Assembly: GCA_902785275.1 (NCBI GenBank)
Contig: CACZYB010000002.1
Location: 64,001 to 128,000 of the forward strand
Length of the DNA: 64,000 bases
Reading direction: 5' to 3'
From: an uncultured Pseudomonadota bacterium
GTDB taxonomy: Bacteria > Pseudomonadota > Alphaproteobacteria > Rs-D84 > CACZYB01
Part shown: piece by piece, positions 55,921 through 64,000 of the stretch
Position numbering within the stretch: position 1 is the first letter of the stretch
How the letters are laid out: the number at the start of each line of letters is the position of its first letter
Notes under the pieces: generated by a model
The model's input: the letters and a program-made list of their open reading frames with translations, nothing else
Told to the model about the DNA's origin: nothing
Databases searched by the model: none
Translations under genes and position numbers: made by a program

Positions 55921-57234
55921 TTATTTTCCCAAACAAAACGACGAAAAAATCTTATCCAAAAGTTCGTTGAAATAGATTTTTCCAGTGATGTTTCCAATTT
56001 CATCACTTGCAAGTCTAAGGTTTTCTGCCTTTAAATCTATTTCCTTTTCTTTTATCGCAGTTTTAAGAAATTCGATACAGTTCAACAAAGCATTTTTATA
56101 TCGTTGTTGAGTAAGTGTCGCATCTCCAGAATTTTGCATTTTTGACTTTATCTTTTTTGTAAATGCATTCCAAAACTTGTTCCAATTTTCCCCACTTTTT
56201 ACAGATACAGGAATAATGTTTTTTGGAAGATTTTCAATTTGTTTTTTATCTATTTTATTAAATAGAACAATGGTATTGTCATCAACTTTTTTCTCATCAT
56301 ACGAACGAATACCATCAATCATATAGATTTTTATATCCGCCTTTCCAGCAATATCCAACGCCTTCTTTATACCTTTTTTTTCAATCTTATCATTTGTTTT
56401 TTCGTTAAGTCCGGCCGTATCAGAAATATTAACTTTAAATCCATTTATATCCAAACTTGCATCAACAACATCGCGTGTTGTTCCGGCAATATTTGAAACA
56501 ATAGCCTTATTTTCGCCAATAATTTTGTTAAAGATTGATGATTTTCCAACGTTCGGTTTACCAATAATCGCAACCTTTAACCCTTGTTTGATAAGTTGCG
56601 CCGATGATGCAGTTTCAATGTGCTTTTCAATTTCAGAAATTAATTTTTTCAATTCCGCATCATTTTTTTGCATTACATCTTTTGGCATTTCATCATCGGA
56701 AAAATCAATCGAAGCCTCACACCACGCAAGTATTTTTACAAGCTTTTCTCTCCATGAATTATAAAGCTTTGACGCCTCACCATTTGTATTGGAGAGAGCA
56801 AGCTTTCTTTGAGATTCAGTTTCCGCATCAATCAAATCGGCAATCGCTTCTACTTGTGTTAAATCAAGTTTATTATTCAAAAAGGCTTGCTTTGTAAACT
56901 CGCCATTTTCTGCCAATCTTGCATCTTTGAATTGAGATAATGCTTCGTAAATACTATCAATAACTGCAATACTTCCATGTGTATAAAGTTCAACCGTATC
57001 TTCACCAGTATATGATGCAGGTCCCTTGAAAAACACCGCCATACAGCTATCTAAAAGTACACCTGTTTTTGGATGGTAAATGTTTGCAAACTTCACCACA
57101 TTAGGCTGAAACTTTTTTCCATTACTAAGTTTTGAAAGTATATCATATGATGCAGGTCCAGAAATACGGAAAACAGAAACGCCTGCTTTTCCGTATGCTG
57201 AACTAAGAGCAAAAATAGTATTTACAGATTTCAT
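55921..57234 (-). CDS. mnmE: tRNA modification GTPase MnmE (TrmE)
   Basis: TIFALSS, SYTGED, GKPNVGKSS, GTTRD, DTAG, C-terminal FCLGK. Confidence 0.97.
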   Translation of the reverse strand: MKSVNTIFALSSAYGKAGVSVFRISGPASYDILSKLSNGKKFQPNVVKFANIYHPKTGVLLDSCMAVFFKGPASYTGEDTVELYTHGSIAVIDSIYEALSQFKDARLAENGEFTKQAFLNNKLDLTQVEAIADLIDAETESQRKLALSNTNGEASKLYNSWREKLVKILAWCEASIDFSDDEMPKDVMQKNDAELKKLISEIEKHIETASSAQLIKQGLKVAIIGKPNVGKSSIFNKIIGENKAIVSNIAGTTRDVVDASLDINGFKVNISDTAGLNEKTNDKIEKKGIKKALDIAGKADIKIYMIDGIRSYDEKKVDDNTIVLFNKIDKKQIENLPKNIIPVSVKSGENWNKFWNAFTKKIKSKMQNSGDATLTQQRYKNALLNCIEFLKTAIKEKEIDLKAENLRLASDEIGNITGKIYFNELLDKIFSSFCLGK

Positions 57235-59625
57235 TTATTCTTTAATTTCCTTAATTTTCCAAATGTCTTTTGCATAACTTTTTATTGTTCTATCGGAAGA
57301 GAAGAAACCAGAATTTGCAGTATTTATAACAGACTTCTTCCACCATAGTTTTTCATTTCTGTATGCTTCATCAATTTTTAACTGAGTTTTAACATAAGAA
57401 TCAAAGTCAGCAAGCAACATATATTCATCGTTATTATTAAAGAATGCATTCATCAAATTTTTATATCTAGAAGTATCCCCATGTGAAAATGCTCCTGTTA
57501 AAATTTGTGTAATGATTCTTTGAATTCTTGGGTTATTATTGAAAAATTCTTGGGCATTATAACCACGTTCTTTCATATTGTAAACTTTCTTTGCAGTCAA
57601 ACCAAATATGAAAATATTTTTCGAACCAACCTTGTTTTTAATTTCAACATTTGCACCATCAAGTGTTCCTATAGTAAGCGCACCATTAAGGGTGAATTTC
57701 ATATTTCCGGTACCACTTGCTTCTTTACCAGCAGTTGAAATTTGTTCACTAAGTTCGGTTGCGGATATAATAGTTTGTGCTTTATCAATGTTGTAATTTG
57801 GAATGAATACAACCTTTAATAAATCCTTGCAATGTCTGTCATTATTAACAACTTTTGCGACATCATTTATAAGGGTGATTATTTCCTTTCCAACGGTATA
57901 GTTTGGATGAGCCTTCCCAGCAAACAAATAAATTTTTGGTTCTAAGCCATCAACTTCGCCATCAATAATTCTGTTATATCTATCAATTACTTGAAGTATG
58001 TTTAAGAACTGACGTTTGTATTCATGCATACGTTTTATTTGTGAATCAATCATAAAGTCAGGGGAAAGTTTTAATCCCAAATCATTCTTTATAAGTTGCA
58101 TTAAATCAAGTTTATTTTCAAACTTTACCTTACGCCACTTTTCCAAAAAGTTTACATCATTTTTGTATCGTAAAAGTTTCTTAAGATAGTTCAAATCAGT
58201 AATCCACTTATCCCCAATCGTTTTTGTGATAAGGTTTGAAAGCCTTGGATTTGCTTCCAAAAGCCATTTTCTTTGAGTAATACCATTTGTTTCATTTATA
58301 AATTTTCTTGGGAAAAGTTCACTAAACAATGGGAACTCTTTTTTCTTTAAAAGTTTAGAGTGAAGTGCGGCAACTCCGTTTACCTTATGTGTCGCAACGA
58401 TACAAAGATTTCCACAATTAATGTATCCATATTTGTAATTTACAATTTCAAGACTATTTAATTTGAAATCAGCAACAGTTCTTTTTGCTATATTGATAAA
58501 GTTTTCATTAATCTTTTCAATAATAGCAAAGTGATAAGGAAGTTCAGATTTAAACAAATCTATGCCAATTTTTTCCAAAGCTTCGGCAAGAAGAGTGTGA
58601 TTAGTATACGCACAAATGTTGTACATCTTTTTATACGCATCATCAAATGAAAAACCATACTCGTTCATTAAAATTCTAATTATTTCAGGAATTGCCAATG
58701 TTGGATGTGTATCATTTAACTGTACTGCTAAAAACTTATCAATCACAGATATATCAAACCCAGTTTTTTTGAAACGTTCAAATAAATCTTGGATTGATGC
58801 AGAAACAAGCAAATATTCCTGACGAAGCCGTAATCTTTTTCCTTCTTCTGTTCCATCAGGTGGATATAAAAAGTCAGTTATATTTGTGATATTTTTCTTC
58901 AAATCAGGTTTTGTTTTATCGGATCTTTCTGCTTCCCAAAGTCTTATTCTTAAGACATCCTCATTTCCATATCCGGCAAACAAAATATCATTTGCATATG
59001 CTTTTACTTTCTTTGATGGTGTCCACTTCATATCTTCCAATCTTGATGAAGAATTAAGTTTTCCACCAAAGCCAACCATATATGAAATATCTTTTCTTCT
59101 ATCCAATGCTGGATTTTGTTTTTCAAGCCATAAGTCTGGTGTTTCAACTTGCTTTCCATCTTTTATTAATTGTTTATAAATGCCACATCTGTATAAAAGT
59201 CCATAACCAAAAGCAGGGTAGGAAAGTGTTGCTAAAGAGTCAAAAAAACATGCGGCAAGTCTACCCAAACCACCATTTCCAAGTTGTGTTGATGGTTCCA
59301 ATGCCAAAACCTTTTCTAAATCTACACCAAAAGATTTAAATGCCTTTCTAAAACTTTCCTTTACTTCCATATTAAACAAAGTTTGGTTTGAAAGCTTTCC
59401 AATCAAATATTCCATAGAAAGGTAAGCCATCATCTTGTTTTTACCATTAAGTATGTTATGTTCGGTAATATCAGCCATATCGACAAGTTCGTCGTTAATC
59501 ATATTTGTAAATGCAATATACCAATCTTTTATAGTGGCATTTTTCAAATTTTTCTTTGTTGTTTCCTTAAGGAAAAAGCTTAATCTTTCTTTCAAATATT
59601 TCTGATTTGTTAGCTGTTTTTGCAT
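57235..59625 (-). CDS. glgP: Glycogen/maltodextrin (alpha-glucan) phosphorylase
   Basis: LGNGGLGRLAACF, QLNDTHP, KRMHEYKRQ, EASGTGNMKF (PLP Lys), FFSSDRTI. Confidence 0.96.
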   Translation of the reverse strand: MQKQLTNQKYLKERLSFFLKETTKKNLKNATIKDWYIAFTNMINDELVDMADITEHNILNGKNKMMAYLSMEYLIGKLSNQTLFNMEVKESFRKAFKSFGVDLEKVLALEPSTQLGNGGLGRLAACFFDSLATLSYPAFGYGLLYRCGIYKQLIKDGKQVETPDLWLEKQNPALDRRKDISYMVGFGGKLNSSSRLEDMKWTPSKKVKAYANDILFAGYGNEDVLRIRLWEAERSDKTKPDLKKNITNITDFLYPPDGTEEGKRLRLRQEYLLVSASIQDLFERFKKTGFDISVIDKFLAVQLNDTHPTLAIPEIIRILMNEYGFSFDDAYKKMYNICAYTNHTLLAEALEKIGIDLFKSELPYHFAIIEKINENFINIAKRTVADFKLNSLEIVNYKYGYINCGNLCIVATHKVNGVAALHSKLLKKKEFPLFSELFPRKFINETNGITQRKWLLEANPRLSNLITKTIGDKWITDLNYLKKLLRYKNDVNFLEKWRKVKFENKLDLMQLIKNDLGLKLSPDFMIDSQIKRMHEYKRQFLNILQVIDRYNRIIDGEVDGLEPKIYLFAGKAHPNYTVGKEIITLINDVAKVVNNDRHCKDLLKVVFIPNYNIDKAQTIISATELSEQISTAGKEASGTGNMKFTLNGALTIGTLDGANVEIKNKVGSKNIFIFGLTAKKVYNMKERGYNAQEFFNNNPRIQRIITQILTGAFSHGDTSRYKNLMNAFFNNNDEYMLLADFDSYVKTQLKIDEAYRNEKLWWKKSVINTANSGFFSSDRTIKSYAKDIWKIKEIKE

Positions 59626-59719
59626 TTTATTTTCCCCTCTCGTTATTTATAAAAATAATATAGCATATTTTTTTATTTTGTGCTATAATTATTTTACATT
59701 AAAAATCAAGTGGAGATTT

Positions 59720-60136
59720 ATGATGGAAAAAATTTCACAAAAACAAGAAAATTTAACTGAACAAGAAAAAATAAATATTGTAAGAAATTATTTTCATGGT
59801 ATCGAAGATCAGATGTATCTCTTCTTTGTTGAGCTTGCTGATATAAAGCTTAAAACCGGTGAAGCTCAAAGTTTTTATCAAGCTGTTGATATCCTTCTTA
59901 AGGAACGTCTTGGTGCAACAAAAAATAAATCTAAACCAACCTCTGTAAATGATGTTGAAGATCAAGCAAAAGATTTGCTTGAATTTAAAAATACTTCAAC
60001 AAAAATCAATTTTGAAGAGGCAAAAAATAAACTTGATGGTATTTTTTCTCAAATGAAAAAAGATGCTTCTGAACATCCAATCGTTGGTGAAAAAATGGAT
60101 ATAAAAAATATTATCATCACAGGTAACGGTAAGTAA
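59720..60136 (+). CDS. Hypothetical protein
   Basis: GGAG RBS before ATG 59720; ends 2 bp before addA. Confidence 0.7.
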   Translation: MMEKISQKQENLTEQEKINIVRNYFHGIEDQMYLFFVELADIKLKTGEAQSFYQAVDILLKERLGATKNKSKPTSVNDVEDQAKDLLEFKNTSTKINFEEAKNKLDGIFSQMKKDASEHPIVGEKMDIKNIIITGNGK

Positions 60137-60138
60137 TA

Positions 60139-63100
60139 ATGGATGATAATTCTTTATTGAATCAAAAAATTGCCGCAAATCCAAATTTTTCTGTTTGGGT
60201 TTCTGCCAGTGCCGGAACCGGAAAAACAACCGTCCTTGTAAATCGACTTTTGCGATTATTTTTAAATGATGTGGAACCAAGCAAGGTTTTATGTCTTACC
60301 TATACTAATGCCGGTGCCATAGAAATGCAAAATCGTATCTATAAAAAAACACTCGATTGGGCAACAATTCCGGATGAAGATTTAAAAAAAGAATTAAATA
60401 ATTTATTGGATGATAAGGATGAAAGTTTCGATTTTGATGAGCTTTTTTCAAAGGCAAGAAAACTTTTTTCAAAACTTATTGATAATCCAATGCCTCTTAA
60501 AATCTATACAATACATGCTTTTTGCCAATCTATACTAAAGCGTTTTCCAATAGAAGCTTGTATCACTCCTCATTTTAAAATTATTGAGGACAGCGAGGTA
60601 AAAAATTTACTAAACGAAGCCTATCAAAAACTTATTCACACATTGAAAAATGATAAAACTATTGACTATGTCGATGTGTTTAAAAGCTTTACTTATCTGA
60701 TGCAAAACACACCGGAAATCGAGTTCGATAATCTTGTTGAAACCATTGTCGATGGCCGTGAACATTTCTTTGAACTTTGCCAAAAGTATAAAACAAAATC
60801 TAAAATGTTAGATTATCTAAAGTCAAAGATTTTTGGTAATTCCCAATACGCGAATGAAAGTTTTCTTAACGATATAAATTTATTTAAGGCAAACATTTTA
60901 GATCATATTCCATCTGGCTTTATTGATAATTTAAAAAGGGTTCTTTCCGTTGATAATGGAAAAAAATCATTGGCAAGATTGAATTTAATTTCAACCTTTT
61001 TACAGGAAAAAAATATCTCAAAAAAATTTGATGTTTATAAAAAGATTTTCCTAAATTCAGATGACAGTATTCCAAAGGATTGCATACTTAACAAAAAATC
61101 CATAAATGAAGATATTAAATTTGTGGATAATGTTTCACGTGAAACAATTCGTATACGGAATGCCGTTGAATTTATAAATTCGATTGAAATTTATAACGCA
61201 ACATCATCTGTCCTTGATATCGGTTTGACTCTTAATACTATATATGAAGGACTAAAGAAAAAACGTGGCGTTATGGACTTTACAGACCTAATAACAACCG
61301 TAAAAAATTTGTTTGATAAGGATAATATAAGCTCTTGGATTTTATATAAACTTGATGGCGGAATATCACACGTTTTGATTGATGAGGCACAGGATACTTC
61401 GCCTATCCAATGGGAAATTGTTGATAAATTGACTGAGGAATTTTTCACCTCTGGTAGCGATAAAAAAAATGTAAAAAGTCTTTTTTCTGTGGGTGATAGA
61501 AAACAATCAATCTTTAGTTTTCAGGGGGCTAACATAAAACTTTTTGAAAAATATAAAAATCATTTCAAGGAAAGAATTGAGTTTGAAAATTACCCATTTT
61601 TTGATTTACCGCTTAATCGTTCTTTCCGTTCCTGTAAAAATATTTTGAATACAGTCGACGATGTGATAAAAAATTCAAACGGAGTTTTGCTTCCAAACGA
61701 AGATATTACACACATCCCAAACCGTAAGGATAGCTTTGGTCTTGTCGAAGTTTTGCCATTGGTAAAAAGTATCGAAGATGAAACAAAAAAATGTTTCAAA
61801 CCACCAATAGAAAATATCAATGTATTCAATACTGATATTGAAATGGCAAATGTCTTGGCAACGAAAATAAAGTATCTACTTGATAACGAATATATTTCTG
61901 ATTCAAAAAATGATGAACCAAAGCGAGTAAGAAAAATCGAACCAAAAGATATTATGATTTTGGTAAGAAAAAGAAATCTTGTTGATAACATTACCCGTGC
62001 ATTACTTGCAAAAAATATACCTTTGGCTGGCCGTGATAAATTATCATTAAGTGACAATATTGCAATAGAAGATTTAATTTCTCTTTTGAAATTTGTCCTA
62101 TTTAATTATGACGATTTGTCCCTTGCCGAAGTTTTAAAATCCCCACTTTATAATTTAACAGATGATGATTTGTTCGACCTTTGCTTTAACAGAAAAGATG
62201 AAACCTTGTATTCAATGTTGTGCAAATCCGAAAAATACAAAGATATTTCCGATGATTTAAAATACCTTATCGATTTTTCAAAAACTGCACTACCATTTGA
62301 ATTTTTTGATTATATATTAAAGGTTCAAAACAAAAGAAAGAATTTCATTTCACGTTTAGGTATTGAAGTAATTGATATCTTGAATGGCTTTTTATCACAA
62401 TGTCTTTCCTATGATAATTTGAAATTGGGAAAGTCTTTATCTGACTTTTATGAGTGGTTCTCTTTAAACGAAGTTGAAGTAAAAAGAAATATGGAACAGG
62501 TAAATAATACCGTTCGTATAATGACAGTTCACAGCTCCAAAGGGTTGGAGGCTCCTGTTGTATTTATCTATAATGCAAACGCGGTTTTGTCTTCGTCAAG
62601 GGATAGAATTATTTGGAACGAAGATTTTCCAATGTATAAAACATCCAATTTCAAGAATTCAGGAAAAGTATTTTCCGATATGATTGAAAATAACAATAAC
62701 GCAAATCAAGAAGAATTTTACAGATTGCTTTATGTTGCAATGACAAGAGCAAGAGACAGACTTTATGTCATTGGTTCGGAAAATAAAAGTAAGGATGCAA
62801 AGACATGGTATTCTTGTATAAAAGAAAGCCTTCTTTCCAACCCAGAAACAAAAATAAACAATGATACAAAAACAAATTTTACACACGATGTTTTTGTTAA
62901 TGATGAGTTTGTTGTTTTGGGTGAAAATGAAACAGGAGATATCTCAAATATAACAAAATCATCTGTCGAAATACCTTTGAATTTGCCGGAATTCTTTGAT
63001 AAAAAAGAAGATGATATTCCATCGTTTAGTAAGAATATTGATGCAAAATCACCTCTTTCCCAATATGATAAAAATGAAAATTCTTCACTTTCACGTGGTA

Positions 63101-63525
63101 CAATAATTCATAAATTGTTGGAGCATATTTCAAAATTTAATGGCGAAGATGTTGAAAAATTTATTGATTTTTACCTTTCAAAAACTCAAATAGAAGATAA
63201 AAATTTAATAAAAAATAATATTCTAGAACTTTACAATAATCCAGAATATAACTTTATTTTTAATAGTAACAATTTAAGCGAAACAGAAATAATCACATCA
63301 GAAAATGGTACATCTCAAATCTTGCGCGTGGATAAGGTCGTTTTTGATAATGATGATATCTGGATTATCGATTATAAAACTGATAAACAAACAGATACTG
63401 TTCCATCATCATACAGAAAACAACTTGAAAAATATAAGGATGCGATTACAAAAATCTATCCAAACAAAAAAATCCACATCGCAATTTTGTGGATAAATGA
63501 TTTAAAGTTTTCAGAAATTATTTAA
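60139..63525 (+). CDS. addA: Double-strand-break repair helicase/nuclease AddA
   Basis: SVWVSASAGTGKT, CLTYTNAG, DEAQDT, VGDRKQSIFSFQGA, MTVHSSKGLE, YVAMTRA, nuclease IIDYKT. Confidence 0.93.
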   Translation: MDDNSLLNQKIAANPNFSVWVSASAGTGKTTVLVNRLLRLFLNDVEPSKVLCLTYTNAGAIEMQNRIYKKTLDWATIPDEDLKKELNNLLDDKDESFDFDELFSKARKLFSKLIDNPMPLKIYTIHAFCQSILKRFPIEACITPHFKIIEDSEVKNLLNEAYQKLIHTLKNDKTIDYVDVFKSFTYLMQNTPEIEFDNLVETIVDGREHFFELCQKYKTKSKMLDYLKSKIFGNSQYANESFLNDINLFKANILDHIPSGFIDNLKRVLSVDNGKKSLARLNLISTFLQEKNISKKFDVYKKIFLNSDDSIPKDCILNKKSINEDIKFVDNVSRETIRIRNAVEFINSIEIYNATSSVLDIGLTLNTIYEGLKKKRGVMDFTDLITTVKNLFDKDNISSWILYKLDGGISHVLIDEAQDTSPIQWEIVDKLTEEFFTSGSDKKNVKSLFSVGDRKQSIFSFQGANIKLFEKYKNHFKERIEFENYPFFDLPLNRSFRSCKNILNTVDDVIKNSNGVLLPNEDITHIPNRKDSFGLVEVLPLVKSIEDETKKCFKPPIENINVFNTDIEMANVLATKIKYLLDNEYISDSKNDEPKRVRKIEPKDIMILVRKRNLVDNITRALLAKNIPLAGRDKLSLSDNIAIEDLISLLKFVLFNYDDLSLAEVLKSPLYNLTDDDLFDLCFNRKDETLYSMLCKSEKYKDISDDLKYLIDFSKTALPFEFFDYILKVQNKRKNFISRLGIEVIDILNGFLSQCLSYDNLKLGKSLSDFYEWFSLNEVEVKRNMEQVNNTVRIMTVHSSKGLEAPVVFIYNANAVLSSSRDRIIWNEDFPMYKTSNFKNSGKVFSDMIENNNNANQEEFYRLLYVAMTRARDRLYVIGSENKSKDAKTWYSCIKESLLSNPETKINNDTKTNFTHDVFVNDEFVVLGENETGDISNITKSSVEIPLNLPEFFDKKEDDIPSFSKNIDAKSPLSQYDKNENSSLSRGTIIHKLLEHISKFNGEDVEKFIDFYLSKTQIEDKNLIKNNILELYNNPEYNFIFNSNNLSETEIITSENGTSQILRVDKVVFDNDDIWIIDYKTDKQTDTVPSSYRKQLEKYKDAITKIYPNKKIHIAILWINDLKFSEII

Positions 63526-64000
63526 TATACTTTTTTACCGGAGCATAGGTCATTCTGTGGTACTTTGTAACTCCATATTTTTCCAATGCCATCATATGAG
63601 ATTTTGTACCATAACCTTTGTTTTTATCAAATTCATATTCTGGAAAATTTTTACCAATTTCATTCAAAAGACGATCTTTCATAACTTTTGCAACAATAGA
63701 TGCCGCAGCAATAGAATACGATTTTGCATCACCAGAAACAACCGTGTGACAAGGATTTATAACCGGAGCTTTATTCCCATCAACAAGAGTTATTACAGGT
63801 TTATTTTTAAGCCTTGGTAATAATTTTTGATATGCATTTTTCATCGCCAAAAGTGATGCCTGTAAAATATTAATTTCATCAATTACACCGGCTGGAACCG
63901 CATCATATTCAAACATAAAAATATCGTCCGGCAAAGAACAAAATTCACAAAAAATTTCTTCACGTTTCTTTTCCGAAATCTTTTTTGAATCATTTATTTT
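63518..64000 (-). CDS. rnhB: Ribonuclease HII (5' end outside the window)
   Basis: Frame open to the window edge: INDSKK..IDEINILQAS..VDGN..GDAKSYSIAAASIVAKV..KGYGT. Confidence 0.95.
   Translation of the reverse strand, partial: KINDSKKISEKKREEIFCEFCSLPDDIFMFEYDAVPAGVIDEINILQASLLAMKNAYQKLLPRLKNKPVITLVDGNKAPVINPCHTVVSGDAKSYSIAAASIVAKVMKDRLLNEIGKNFPEYEFDKNKGYGTKSHMMALEKYGVTKYHRMTYAPVKKYIK

Noticed and set aside
1-64000. Numerous short antisense or nested ORFs in the track; tRNA, rRNA, CRISPR and IS elements
   Set aside because: The short ORFs are shadows of long recognised genes. I saw no repeat-spacer array, cloverleaf, rRNA-like segment or transposase motif by eye; tRNAscan and Infernal were not run

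Overview
AT-rich, gene-dense bacterial chromosomal segment, inferred to be from an Alphaproteobacterium (AddA-type helicase, AsmA protein convergent with an RHH_4 gene, mreC-mreD-mrdA-rodA). D-lactate dehydrogenase and glycogen phosphorylase suggest a fermentative, possibly host-associated lineage (inference). Housekeeping genes: uvrB, ftsY, miaA, efp, an RlmD-family methyltransferase, csp, polA, era, cca, envC-like, mreCD-mrdA-rodA, mnmE, glgP, addA and a partial rnhB. I recognised no rRNA, tRNA, CRISPR array or IS element. The most unusual region is a divergent locus at about 6.9-20.7 kb. Its + arm is a small membrane protein followed by five translationally coupled TrbL/VirB6-like paralogues that all carry a CxxC motif and two further conserved Cys, with no other virB gene in the window. 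Its - arm is an orphan charged protein, a membrane-anchored NERD-like pseudo-nuclease, a degenerate HNH toxin-like protein and an SMI1/KNR4 (SUKH) protein. Other accessory features are a divergent pair of Cys-rich exported proteins, a TbpB-barrel-like surface lipoprotein, and a CxxC membrane protein paired with a Cys-Cys-tailed protein. All family calls are by-eye motif recognition; no database searches were run.
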